Assembly (NCBI RefSeq): GCF_001194135.2 | Contig: NC_068987.1 | Coordinates: forward strand, 2,479,135-2,519,119 | Source of the DNA: Octopus bimaculoides | Lineage: Eukaryota | DNA length: 39,985 nucleotides | Reading direction: 5' to 3' | Shown here: piece by piece, positions 10,831 to 23,848 of the stretch | Layout: the number at the start of each line of letters is the position of its first letter | Position numbering within the stretch: position 1 is the stretch's first letter | Program-made: the position numbers and the translations under genes | The notes under the pieces: model-generated | The model's input: only the letters and a program-made list of their open reading frames with translations | What the model was told of the DNA's origin: nothing | Database searches by the model: none

Positions 10831-13201
10831 TATTTACACACTAGCATTACAAAATGGTGGAGCTGTAAATTGCATGGTCAGATGTTCAGATTCCCAATGG
10901 TTTATATATTATGGTGTGTGTGTGTATAGACTTATAAACACATTGCTTCGTGAACACAAGCGACTTCATTTAAAAAATAAAATTTCTATTCATTATTTCT
11001 TTCCTTTTTTGTTATTTCTGTTTTCATTCGATTTATTTATTTATCTTCCACAGACACATATAATAAAGTGTGTTTTATAAACAAGAGATTTGGAGTGAGA
11101 GAGAATTACCTGCAAAATACACCATTCTGAACATTTACCATGATATATAGCACCATGGCGAATTTGAACACCTGACCGTGTAATTTACATTTTCGCTATT
11201 CTGTAATTTATCATTAACCTTCTGTCAAACTTTAATTCTAAAAGCAGACAACCACCTCCCCTTACATCCCTTTCTCACAATTACGAAGAAATGCTCATTT
11301 TTTTGTTTCCACTTTTCTTCTCAGTATGTTATCTGTCCTGGCCATCCTGACATTTTTTTTTTCTGGTCACTTACCAGTAAATTCGGAACATCTCTGGTGT
11401 ACTTAGTATCCAGTCGGATATTTTGAAGCTTGAAATTTTAATAACTGATTCTGAGGGACCAGCTATTACAACCACTGCATCCAACACCTGGAACCAGCCC
11501 TGAATCGGATCTACGTTTTATATTGGATTAGTACATAATATACCTGCTGTATACAACCAACAAATGACGCCCAAAGCTTATTTTACTTCGCTGTGAATTC
11601 AATGTTCTGGCGCGTAGCCAGTCTTGGCGTCCAACGTGCTGATGTGTCTCGATTCTAATGGATTCTCTAACTATATATAACCTGGATATACACATAAAAA
11701 TGTCGTCTTAAACCCGAGAACTTCTGGTTTCCGACCACTGAAGTTTTTACTTGGAAATATTGAACACTACTCTCCGGTCAGAGGTGGTGGACTATCTACT
11801 ACTAAAAGTCTGTGATTGCTTGCTTGTTTGTAATTTAATACAGCCAAACCGGCGCATATTGGGAAAATTCTCTGAAAGTAAGGTATCATTGAAATGTGAA
11901 TACAAACGGAATAAAACAAGTTTCGCGTAACTTGGATCACGGATTCCCTGAGACACGCGGTATTTTCGGATATCTTGAACTATTGGTGGCCCAACGAGTC
12001 ACGGGTGATCTAGTTAGAAAATAACATAAGGTAAGTGCAATTTCAGTTTTATCATTCTTTTGCATTCCTATGACGGTAAATCTTGATCAAACATCTTTCC
12101 AAGTTGATAACCTAGAATAATTTTTTTAAAAAATGATTTGTCATCGACGGCAGTTTTCTTTCCTTGTTAACTTATAAAAACTTTTGCATGAAACTGGAGA
12201 ACAAAAAAAAAATTGTTGATTATTATAGTGTGACCATTAATATCTATATTTTTGCATGTTGAACACACGTGTTGTGTGATTATCTCATTTTTGTACATAA
12301 TGCTCTCTATTAACTGTATATCGAACAATATTGAACACTTTGCGACAGAAAAGTGAACCAATGAGAAAATCATTAATAGAATTTCTGAAAGACTCTCAAG
12401 ATTTCTACATGCATATAAATGTAATTTCGTACAATGGAAATGAATTTGAGTAACTATTAACATAATTTACATTACGGTACGGTTGAATTAAGTTCAGTTC
12501 TAACCTCCCCATTCTTATAAACACCAAGTAACTATTTAACTCGCTTTGTGATCGTGAGTGCATCAAACCACATGTGTGTGTATGCTTACATTTTCGTGGA
12601 TGCTTGTATGAGCGAGTGCACTCGCACCGTGTAACTTGCGCTAGGGCATTTATACATCCATCTTTGTTAACGGTTTTTTTAAATACTCTTCTCGCTGTAT
12701 TGCGTGTTCGTTTCTTTTTACCATCCGTAATTTTAATTTTGATCTTCTATGTAAATGAAGATATTTCCTTCGTTTTGTTACTTTTCATTCTACGAAATGA
12801 GGAGATACGTTGCGGAGCTGTTATTTTAATGAGTTGTATCTATTTTAACGAGTTGTCTCATCATCCGATATGATATACATCATCACCACCGGATGCTTCT
12901 GAACCGATTAAGTGTCCCACTCGTGAGGGATCGATGCTAGATGTGTCGAAACAATTGTCGTGAATGATAATTAAAATTCTCGTATATTCCATCTTCCGTC
13001 TTTCATTTACCACACACACACATATGCGGAGGGATTATTTCTCTGTACTTTCTATCATTTTAAAACTATTTTCCCACTTGTATTTATTTACAATATGTAT
13101 TGATGACGGTTTGTGCTTACGAATGAGGCGAAGTATTTTCAATACATGATTGAGATGTTTACCCTTTGAACGGCACATCGAGAAATTAATTTTTTGTGAC
13201 T

Positions 13202-13356
13202 AAACACTTTCAAACTTCGGACACTGGTAGAACGTGTCATATAAAACATCTTTTACTCTTAGCGCTGTTGAGAAAAGTCTATATTTTCAAAGTTATTTCG
13301 TGTTAAAGTTGTCGTATTTCGGTAATTTCAACCAATCAATGACGTTTATTCAGCTG
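13202..13356 (+). mobile_element. Partial left arm of a relative of the 15817-16396 TIR element
   Basis: aaacacttt.aaactt.g.acactggtagaa.gtgtcatataaaacatctttt...gttaaagttgtcgtatttc.gtaatttcaaccaatca.tgacgt aligns to about 15855-16005. Confidence 0.85.
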
Positions 13357-14287
13357 AATAACATTCCTGCTGTTGTTTGTCAACAACAACTTCAGGCGGT
13401 ATATATTGAAAAAATACACATTGAAAAAATACACATGCATATATATATATATATATAATGTTAAGGAACGAGGAGATGGATTTGGTGTTAAACTTTATTC
13501 TGTACAACGTTCGCTTCGACCTGTCCTGCTATTGTTGTTTGTGTAAGACTCCGTTCAACATGTTGTACTGAATCGATTTTGCAGTCTGGGTCTCATTACG
13601 TACATCAATAAAGTTGTGTCTCACTAAAGATCTTGAGTGTCGACTGCCATGTTGTTATAAGTCCATCTAATTAGGGAATTATATATATACATGTATGTAT
13701 GTATATATATATATATATATAATGGAGAGACACACACTTATTATTTGCACATGTAGTGGTCAGTAAATGGTTATCAATAAGTGAAGGTAATTCGATCTAC
13801 GGCTGTTTGACCGCACGTAAACAACCCGGAGAAATCACATCAAACACGTGTACGGACATGTGTTTACAGTTATCGCACTTGACACACATATGCGTGTGTG
13901 TGTGCACGCCTACATTCACACACACACACACGTTCACACATACACACACGTGCGCGACAATCGCGGTCATTATTTTCATTTCAGTGAATAGATATTTAAA
14001 TTTATTTGTTCAATTTTATCTAATATCGTTAAAACGCGATTCCTTCATGTTCTTGAGGGAGATGATGATGATTGATCTTGACTAATGAGACTACCACCAA
14101 TATCGATGATGCATTAATCGATGATCACGGCACCAGTAAGCCTAATCTATTGACAACATCGTTCGATAGAAAAATGGCGTCATTTGGTGAGAGAGTTTGG
14201 AGAAGCCAAGTGGACAAACCTGTCTGAATTAGTCACCATTTTAACTAATGGCTGCTGTTTACTTTATCAGGGATTATACGGAGGCAG

Positions 14288-14590
14288 GGAGGTGGTGGGG
14301 ATGGAGAAATGGTGGTGGTGGTGGTGGGTGCTTGGGGTGTGGGAGTTGTTTGCGGTGGTGGCGGGTGAGGTGTTAATGTTGACGATGGGGGTTTTCTGTT
14401 GGTAATGGCGGAGGTTGTGTTACTGGTGGTGATGGTGGAGGCTGTGTTGATGGTGGTTGCATTACACTTGCTGTGGTGGTGGTGGTGGTTCTGCGTTGGT
14501 GTTAATACTGGGGTTGTGGCTGCTGTAGTTGCCGCTGTTGAAGTTCCTGATGTTGTTGTTGTTGTTACTGCTGCTGCGCTTGTTGTTTAG
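14288..14590. repeat. GGT/GTT/GCT-rich degenerate trinucleotide low-complexity tract
   Basis: Directly visible; explains the poly-W/V ORFs 14184 and 14399. Confidence 0.8.
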
Positions 14591-15144
14591 CCCCTGGAAG
14601 GAGACGTATGTTTACAATAACTTATATATCCTGAATATGAAATATGTTTTCCATTGAGACGGGATGGTCACAATTGTATCGCATTTCATCATCCACAACT
14701 TATATGAACTTCAGCCAAAGAAGAAGCCTCTCCATAAAGTGAGACGACTGTTTAACTTCCTCAAATCAATTTCTATCTTTTCAAAATGAGAAAGATCCAT
14801 TATCAATGTAATATCAGAGCTGGCAGAATCGTTGGCACACTGGGTAAAAGGGACAGCGGCACTTCAGCCGTCTGTGAGTTCGGTTCGATAAAAGAAAGTC
14901 CCCAGCCGATCACTGGTGCCGATGAAACCAATATTGGATACATTTAACAGATGTGGTCACAGCTGGAACGGCTTTGTCAGGTTTATTCAATTAACGCCAT
15001 GCTAGACTAAACTAAAAACACAACGGCAACCACTGATATCCCCATCGCCATTACTAACACCACCGCCGCCACCATCCACACCCTCACTACCACCACCAGC
15101 ACCACCGACTAAAAACGACCAGTATTATGACAAAGGTCACATGT

Positions 15145-15258
15145 TAAGACTTATGTTTATTTAAGTGGTTGTGTGAACGAGTTATGACACCGTAGTGATA
15201 AGACTTGTGTTTACTTAGGAGGTTGTGTGGACCAGTTATCACTTCTTTATGCTAAGAG
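15145..15258. repeat. Degenerate 54-bp tandem repeat (about 2.1 copies)
   Basis: TAAGA starts at 15145, 15199 and 15253; the first two units share taagactt.tgttta.tta.g.ggttgtgtg.ac.agttat. Confidence 0.75.
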
Positions 15259-15816
15259 GTGAAGATCAGATGTAAATGTCACAAACATGTCCACATTTAC
15301 TAACAACGCTGAACATCGGACGCCCAGAAACATGTATGAGTTAGCTCACCTTTTCAAAACCTTTTCGCCTTCGTCCACCATGCATGATGTGATAGCTTCG
15401 CCTGTGTGAGTTCAATATCGTAATGGTTCTACGATCGATCCCGTCGCTTGTGAGTTCCATATTGAAAGTCAGCTTTTGGAGTCTGCGTAGATAGATATTT
15501 GTTATATGAAAATAACGGAAACAATATTACATTAAAACAACAATCAGTGGATCGTACTTAATGCAGATATATTCCGGAGATTGTGTGCGTGTGTGTGGTT
15601 GGTTTTCTGTCCTTTTGGGCGGCAAGGATTCAGATGTTTTTTCAACTATTTGACTTACTGATTGAATTAATATCATGTGGCCGAGTATTCCAGAAATTCG
15701 ATATACTCAGGCAGTCAATATGGCCCAATGTGTGATGATGCTGTATGTACTGAGTTACAGGTACCAACCACCCGACACATTGGCTGAATCTTTAAAGCGT
15801 CGAGATAATTGCCTTG

Positions 15817-16396
15817 GGATCTTTTTTAAAACGGGGGCCACATTTTTCATTAACGAAACACTTTGAAACTTGGAACACTGGTAGAATGTGTCATATAAAA
15901 CATCTTTTTCTCTTAGTCTTCTTAAAAAAAAAAGAAATCCATAAATTATTCCATGTTAAAGTTGTCGTATTTCTGTAATTTCAACCAATCACTGACGTCC
16001 ATTCAGCCGATATACATTAAGTGCCGACTACATAAACAATCAATTCTGAAACAATTAACCCTAACCCTAACTCTAACCATAACCATAGGGTTAAGGTTAG
16101 GGTTAAAGCAAATTTAAAATGAAAAAAGCAAATAAAACGAAGGTATGGAGATTAAATACGCTTTACATCGCTTAATGAGCCAAAGGAGTAAAGGTAAACA
16201 ACTGAATACTTGTCAGTGATTGGTTGAAATTATCGAAATAAGACAATTTTTTACATGAAATAAATTCGAATACAAAAATATTCTTCTGTTCTATAACACA
16301 AAATAGATAAGTATACGAAGTTTGAAAGTCTTTCGGTACCAAAAACACTACGTAAAACATTAATGAAAAATGTGGCCCCCGTTTTAAAAAAGATCC
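15817..16396. mobile_element. Non-autonomous TIR DNA transposon, 580 bp, 8-bp TSD (Merlin/MULE/hAT-like; superfamily uncertain)
   Basis: Perfect 37-bp TIR GGATCTTTTTTAAAACGGGGGCCACATTTTTCATTAA; TSD TTGCCTTG at 15809-15816 and 16397-16404; subterminal inverted block ttcaaccaatcactgac; no ORF. Confidence 0.92.
16058..16107. repeat. Inverted telomere-like repeat (TAACCC)n/(TTAGGG)n at the centre of the TIR element
   Basis: taaccctaaccctaactctaaccataaccatagggttaaggttagggttaa. Confidence 0.8.
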
Positions 16397-16597
16397 TTGC
16401 CTTGCGTTATGTATTGCAGTACTTTACATTCTGGGTTCAAATTCTGTCGACTTTGTTTTATATCCATCCAGAGGTCGATAAAACAACCCACCCCTCAAGC
16501 AAAAACACCTCAAGTACTCGAGTTAACGATATCGACTAAACTACTCTCCTCAAAATCGCTACTCTTCTACCCAAATTGGAAGAAATTATTGAATTTC

Positions 16598-16710
16598 TGT
16601 GGCTTTGTGGTTAGGGTGTCGCACTCATGATAGCCAAACCATGGGTTCAATTCCCGCACAGAGCGGCGTGTTATCTTGAGCAAAACACATCGTTTCACGT
16701 TGCTCTAGTG
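16598..16710 (+). mobile_element. tRNA-derived SINE head, family C (CORE-like)
   Basis: A-box-like tggctttgtggtta, B-box gggttcaattcc, followed by cttgagcaaaacac...tttcacgttgct; matches the reverse complement of 38041-38142. Confidence 0.7.
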
Positions 16711-17409
16711 CTTTGTGAGGGTCGGCATACCAAAGAATAGGCACAACGTTTCCTTTGCGTGTCGGAAAAAAGGCGACTAAAAGAGGTTGAGTCAAGATTG
16801 GATTCAGTCAACATCAGTGAAAACACCGCCGTCAAATATAGAGAGCTGACAGAGTAAGCATTCAGAACAAGTTGTTATAACGTCTTACTTCGAGACAGAC
16901 AAATGCGATGAAGTAAGATATCAGCGACCAGGTCGTAGATATACTCTGAAAAATTTTGATGCTCGATGTTTATATCGAAAATATCACTGCAAACTAATAA
17001 AACAGAAGGGAACGTAAGAGTGTATGGTATAAGTGTATGCTCAGGAGGAGGAGGAGGAGGTGAATGTGTGTGTCTCTCTGTGCTTATGACAAAAATGATT
17101 CTAGAACCAAGTAAATCTTTTGGTTTCAACAGTCTTGGATCAAATCACTCAGTATACAAGTGCAAATAAGAAATGATATACGTGTATGTGTGGGCGCGTA
17201 TGTGTGTGTATACGGGTGTAGATGTATAGGTATGTGTGTGTGTATATGTACATGTGTGTGTTTGTATGTGCAAGAACTTGTCTGAAAGAAATATAAACTA
17301 AGTGAAAAATGAGTGCACCAAAATCGGCATATAATTGTGTGTGTGCATTATACATACATAATCAAAAATGAAATATAAAAGCTTATGTAAACATGCAAAT
17401 GCGCGCACG

Positions 17410-17462
<53 letters not shown>

Positions 17463-18332
17463 CGAATGTGACAGAGAGAGAGAGGGGGAGAGAGAGAGAG
17501 AGATTATGCGAAAGAGGGAGAAGGAGATTATTAGGAAACTATTGTTTTTATTGGGCAGAAGGCAAAGAGATTAAAAATAGTAATTGCTAATACATGTTAG
17601 TGTTAAAATAATTATGTACTAGTTAAAAAAACGCACTAATAGTTACTGCTTACTGCTTATGTAGCTTTGGTTACTTTGTAAACACTAAATGACGAACCGC
17701 TAATACTTTTACTCGGTATCTACCAACAAACGCGAAATATTCATTTCCGTAGACACAGGGTATCGAACTTGTTCCCTCGGTATTCGAGACGTGAGATTTC
17801 GTCATCAGATAAAATATCCACTAGCAAGGGATCCACTACGCAGTCACAAGATGTGCTAGAAATAATAGTCAAATATCTCGTACGTTGCATCCAACAGTTT
17901 TTAAGATATTTTTTGAATATTTCATGTGGCAATTGGTAAACAAGAGCATCGTTGGTTACTAGTTTGCATTGATTCAGTCGCCGGTTGAATAGCAAGTATG
18001 TGTTAGCAATTCGGCGTGGAACAAATATATCAAGGGCTTTTGCTCATAAAGTGCCGGCATCAATTTAAATTTGTTTCGCCGATTGAAACCTCCAAACAGG
18101 AAACACATAATTCGCCAATGCATATCAGCGTGTGTGTGTGCGTGTATGTGTGCGTGTGTGTGTGCAAAACAAACATTATATGTACATATATATAACTAAC
18201 ATATCTTGCGTTTTCCCCGATAACAGAGAAATTAAGGTTTTCCAAAACTCATCACATTCTGCTTGGGTCTCGAATGAACGGGGATTTTTTTTTTCCGAGA
18301 AGAGACCAGATTAGAACTTTGAACATATAGTT

Positions 18333-18371
<39 letters not shown>

Positions 18372-18719
18372 ACCAGGCCATTCGACAAACCTAACGCGCA
18401 TACTGCAATCACCACCAGCTCGACAAATTCCTCATTCACAAGGGATTAATACTTATATACTAGTGTGAACATATAGCAAGCAATGTTTCGTACCTGGGTG
18501 GTATTAGCAGCTGGGTGTTATTAAGAAATGGTGGGGAGCTTTGCTTAGAATCTCTTAGAGCAGGGTTAATAAATTTACTTAACCAACTATATCGAGTTAA
18601 ACACCCGTCGTATTTAAATTAGCTATTCACACTTTTTACACAGACGCATATGTATGTGCGAGTGTGTGTGTGTCTGTACAAAGTGTGAACATATATATAC
18701 ACACACACGTATGTCTGTG

Positions 18720-18775
<56 letters not shown>

Positions 18776-19194
18776 TGTATATCATACATACATATATATA
18801 TATAATCCTCTGTATAAAAAGTGTGAATATATATATGTACATACATGCGCACGCACACACAGATGTAGATAGATAGATAGATAGATAGAGGGTGGGATAA
18901 GGCTGTAAATATTTACCAATGTATGTGTAGAATTAGACACATGAAATTACATATATACACCCAAGTGTACATATAAGGGATCCACAAACATACACGAGTA
19001 TAAGCGGGTGCGATATATATATATATATAAAGTAAGGAACATGCATACGTTGATATCAATATTTTGTCAACAATCTGTGAATCCAACATGTTTCCATAGT
19101 GTAATGACGCTCCTCCCCGCCTCCCCCTCCACCATTGTTATTATAACATTCGCTATCCTGTTACATAGTTTACAGAAGCTGTTTCCTTTCCACT

Positions 19195-19210
19195 CCACCA
19201 GATGGCACTA
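19195..19210 (+). promoter_or_regulatory. CTCF-like motif
   Basis: CCACCAGATGGCACTA fits the CCASYAGRKGGCRS consensus. Motif match only. Confidence 0.35.
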
Positions 19211-19794
19211 CTGGTCCAGACAAAATCATAATCTGATTCATGAGATTGTAACATAGCTGCTGCGAGTAGTCATAGATGAATACAATAATAATATTATGAC
19301 ATATCGTAAGTCTGGCCAAAGATAAACAACAGTCTTGTTAGATTTATCAATCGCTCTGACATTTCTCTTCTCTTTCGTTGTTATTAAAAAGCAGAAAAAG
19401 AAAACCCCTAAAAATGGTGAAATGGAAAATAGATCAAACGGTTAAGTAAGAGAACGGGTATTATTTTCTGAAAGTGTGAAACAAAAGCAGAGAACTATTA
19501 TTGAATTTCACTCCCCTACTGACTTAAGAAAAACATCAAATATTGAGAAGTAAGTAACTATATAGGGATAATTACTGCAGACTTTTATCAGCACCTCTAA
19601 ACTTGCTAATTCAATGATTTCTACATGTAAACCAACTCTATGCACCCGTTTCTCATTCCCCAGCACCCGTCCCGACCATTCTCTTTGTCTCTGCGTAAAA
19701 CAAAGGCGAACATTCTGCTAAAAATATCAGCCACCTCGCTCTTAAACTATGTTTGTCTTATTATAGAGGGCACATTAGATAACGTAGTCCAAGG

Positions 19795-19825
<31 letters not shown>

Positions 19826-20227
19826 CGTCTCTAAACTGAATGTTCCTTTTTAATGACTCTGCCTGATCAGAACTAACCTGGGGTTAAACAACAGCAAAAT
19901 CAAAATATTTCCGACACCTCAACCCTGTCGTCTTGTATTGAATACGTAAAATGACCAGAGCTTTGAGGTTCTTATGACCGATCAGAGGCTTTTCCAGGAT
20001 TGACTCGACCGTCACAACAAACAGACCAATAAACGTTTCGTTCGTACGACTGAGAAAAAAAAAGCACAAACCGTATCAAAGCAGCAATGGCGGCTGCCAT
20101 TCTCTCATTGTTCCAATGCATTCAACTAGCAACAAGTAATTTATGTGTGTGGCAGAGACGTGATTTGTGGAAATGCGCGTAGATATTTATAAATTACACC
20201 AAAGGGTCATTACTATTATTACTATAT

Positions 20228-20260
<33 letters not shown>

Positions 20261-20265
<5 letters not shown>

Positions 20266-20433
20266 CCCCACCACTGCTTGACAACCAGTGTTGGCGTGTT
20301 TACATCCTCGCAACTTAGTGGTTCAGTTAAAGTTATCGATAGAATAAGTACTGGGGTCAATTCATTCGACTAAAAATTTGAAGGCAGTGCCCCAGCATGG
20401 CCACAGTCTAATGAGTGAAACAAGATAAAAGAT
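20261..20433 (+). mobile_element. SINE family B 3' portion following a (TG)n tract
   Basis: ccaccactgcttgacaacc.gtgttgg.gtgtttac...gatagaataagtactggggtc.attcattcgactaaaa...gtgccccagcatggcc.cagtctaatg..tgaaacaag; reverse complement of 22685-22892. Confidence 0.8.
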
Positions 20434-21730
20434 ATATATTTATATCGTTCAAATTTATAGAAAAACAAAGACGAAGACCTGTGTAGGAAGAACAAGCAAG
20501 CGTATTAGCTTGACGCTCTGGAAAAATGGAAAAGTTTTTTACGTTTCGAGCCTACGCTCTTAGACGGAAAGAAATAAGAGGAAATAAATAGAGAGAGAAT
20601 GAAAAGAAATGTGTTGAGTTCAGTGGTGCAACACGGCGAATGATTGGGGGGAAAAAAGAGGTTGAATGAAAGGGAGATAATAATAAAGAGAGGTTGAATG
20701 AATACATATAATGAAATGCTTGCAGACAGACAGATCTTTCCGTTATCGCGTTGACCTTGTTACCATTGCTCTTTTTCTCTGTTGCTTTTCTTAATGTTGT
20801 TTTGTTTAAATACCACCTCTTTCTTCCTTTACTCCTTCTACTCTTCCTCTCCTTATTCTATTAGTCTTTCTTCTTCTGTCTTTATCTATTTCGCTCTGTC
20901 CATCTAATTCTCTCTGCATAGCCATCACGCCCCTTTCTTAGCCATATTTTGACTTTTCCTTCTCAAATCTCTTTGAATTATAATAAAAGAAATTATAATT
21001 GTTTTCTATCAGTATATTGCATACAACCACGGTCCTCTCTGTTTGTCCTCCGTCAAAAAGCAAACAAGCTCGGGTCCACGTCAAGAGATAAGGAAGTTCT
21101 GGAGGTGACGCTAGAGCAGTTAGTCTCCGTACTCTTTGTTACATGAATTCATTTTAGATGGCATGGCTGGCTGGTCACGTTCAAGAAATCAGGAAAGTTG
21201 AGGACGGGATCTGCATTTTTCTGTAGCGTAGCTTTTAAAGGCAAGCCTTTCATTGAAGCCAATTGTTGAAAGGTCATCACTACACGATAGCTGGCCCGTG
21301 GCGCGCTAATGACATGCTTTGTGCTGGAGGACACAATTAGATGCGACGGGACTCTTTAATAATTAATTGGTGAAAAAACAGTAAAAAAAAAAATAACAAA
21401 AAGATCCTTTTTTGTTTTGTTTTCTGTGAAATCTTCGGTCACCAGGAACGGACATGTTTTGGAATCTCTTATCAATTCCTTCTTCATTGAACTTCGACAG
21501 ATTGTAATCTTATCAGTATTTAGATCATCATCATCATCATCACCCGACCGTTCACTTTTTTTATCTATCAGCGCTGTTGGCTACCATTTTCTTTTTACTG
21601 GTTTTTACTTCTCACTGTTCCTTTTTTTTTTTTCTTGCATTTCCCATTTTATCCTCAATGTTTTGGCCCTGCCATCCCAAAAGAAACCATTTTACGTTAT
21701 TATTAAGATTATTAAGATAAAATCAGACGT

Positions 21731-21948
21731 TGAGCTAGCAGAATTATTGCGGTGCCGGACAATATATTTTGCGCCATTTCTGCCAGCTTTACGTTCTGTA
21801 TTTAAATTTCACCTAGGTCAAATTTACCTTTCATCCTTTCGGAGTCGATAAAATAAGTAGCAGTTGAGTATTGGGGGACGATATAGTCGACGCACCCGCT
21901 TTCCAGAAATTGCTGGCCTTGTGCCAAAATTTGATACTAATAATAATA
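21731..21948 (+). mobile_element. tRNA-derived SINE, family A (degenerate)
   Basis: gagctagcagaatt head, acctttcatcctttcggagtcgataaaataagta core, gctggccttgtgccaaaattt tail. Confidence 0.85.
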
Positions 21949-22684
21949 TTCAGCTCAATTTAATCAACTAACCTTCTGCCCCTATTTTCTAGCCTGGGGC
22001 CCAAATAAAAAAAATTAACGCTGGTGTTCCTTTCTATTATTGAGATGATCAGCTTCAGCATGTTTTTATGTCATTCTTATTCCTGTATTTTTTCCTTTTT
22101 TTTTCCTTTTTTTTGACTAATAGTTTCCCGTTTCTATTGTTGCTGTGTTGTCCCTTGTTATTACTTTGCGTTGTCAGAGTTGTTAGCAGTATAATTGCCG
22201 TTGTTGTTGCTGCTGTTGGTGTCGTCGTTGGTGTTGTTCGCCTTCTCCAATTCGTTCCGGTATAGAATTCGTCTTTCTTTCTTTCCGATATAAATTCCAC
22301 GGTTGAATGAACGTAAAAGAGAAATCGTAAAAAAGTGGCGATGAAAGCTGTGGCATTTCTGGGGTTAATGGGAAGATTTAAGGATTTCAGGATCTACTTG
22401 AGGGAGGGGTGGGAAATGCAAAGACTGAAGAGGGTTGAAAGTCAACGAGATAAAAAGATAAAAGCCGGAAGAATTGAAACGAAACGAGGTTTTCAACTGT
22501 CAATAACCAGGATTTCAGTAGCGTTACCTGAGCGTCTCTTATCTGTCTTCCTTTCTTACATCGTTCGGCAAACAGAGCGTGTTTGGACGGACGGACGGAC
22601 GGACGGGCACATGTTAGTGTCTGTCTGTGTGTATCAATGTATGTTGTATTCAAGATTTTAGTCTTTATTGTGTCAAGTCGTAGC

Positions 22685-22892
22685 TTTTATCTTTTACTGG
22701 TTTCAGTCACTAGACCGTGGCCATGCTGGGGCACCGCCTTGAAGTTTTTTGTTTTGTTTTTTTTTTAGTCGAACGAATTGACCCCAGGACTTATTTTAAT
22801 TTTTAAGCCTCGTACGTCTACTATCGGTCTGTTTTCGCGGAACTGCTGGGTCACGCGGAACCGCTGGGTTACCGGTTGTCAAGCGGTGGTGG
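22685..22892 (-). mobile_element. SINE family B 3' portion adjacent to (CA)n
   Basis: ttttactggtttcagtca.tagac.gtggccatgctggggcaccgccttgaag...tagtcgaacgaattgacccca...accggttgtcaagcggtggtgg. Confidence 0.85.
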
Positions 22893-22934
22893 ACACACGC
22901 ACACACGCACTGAAAGCAAGGACACGGATACACT

Positions 22935-22983
<49 letters not shown>

Positions 22984-23089
22984 AAAGACGCATACGTACA
23001 CAGACGCTTACACACTCACATTCTGAAGGAAAGCTACAGCTCGGGCTCCGAATGTATTCACTACGAACTTTAATAAACTCTACTAATTT

Positions 23090-23155
23090 TGGTGGTTGAG
23101 TTGTTAAGAAGCTCATTCCCCACCCCTGTCGTTTCGGTCTCAGTCCCACATTGGC
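23090..23155 (+). mobile_element. Degenerate tRNA-like SINE head
   Basis: gttgttaagaagctcattccccacc...gtttcggtctcagtcccac resembles A-box/B-box spaced SINE heads; heavily diverged. Confidence 0.4.
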
Positions 23156-23791
23156 CAAAATGGTTCTTCTTCGACCACGGTTTGACCAATACCTTGATGG
23201 CGAAATTTAACCTACAGAAAAAGTGAGTGGTGACCCGTGGGAATGGCTACCCATGCTTTTGCATAATAGATTTAATGCTTCACCCACTTCGGCACCCTAA
23301 CCCGAGTGTCTTTAGCAGGGTTGCAGAATTTGGTACAAGCTTTCGAACCAAATCCCCAGTTAAGAACAACTTTCTTGTGTTCGTCCCATCAATTTCAGAA
23401 TCCCTAAAAATAGATCATAAACCCTTTTTCTTTCTTTCCTTGAAGTAAAATATAACTAGTCCAGGAAAACTGATGTTTAAGTCCGCAGCAATAATTACAT
23501 CAGCTTCAATCTGTACCACCGGGACAACTTTGGGACGTTTGTCATGAGAGAAGAAATATTTGTTTATCAAGTCTTGTAGCAACTCAGTAAACATTCCTAG
23601 ATTCAGGGGGATTTAACGAAGAACTGTGATTGGTTGGTTTCCTGGAACTTTAATGGAGAAAACAATCGTCGCCCAATGATCTTCCGCGACCATGATGTCT
23701 CAACGACCAAGCAAACCTCTCCAAGATTTCTTTAAATACATTTTTGGAAATTCTATCAGTTCTTAAACTGATCTATTCCCAGCTCAGTGTG

Positions 23792-23848
<57 letters not shown>

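Larger units (their letters stand above)
15780..16560 (+). mobile_element. Family A SINE interrupted by a DNA transposon
   Basis: Head ttggctgaatctttaaagcgtcgagataattgccttg lies left of the insertion; the SINE resumes after it with cgttatgt...ttctgggttcaaatt...gtcgactttg...gaggtcgataaaa. Confidence 0.75.

Noticed and set aside
11375-11510. Minus-strand exon-like segment DPIQGWFQVLDAVVVIAGPSESVIK... with a GTAAGT donor; LDAVVVI recalls a voltage-sensor S3 helix
   Set aside because: The acceptor lacks a pyrimidine tract, similarity is limited to about 7 residues, no S4 arginine motif follows, and phases do not chain with neighbouring candidates.
16058-16107. Interstitial telomere or chromosome-fusion scar
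   Set aside because: The repeats are degenerate and lie symmetrically inside a TIR transposon, which explains them.
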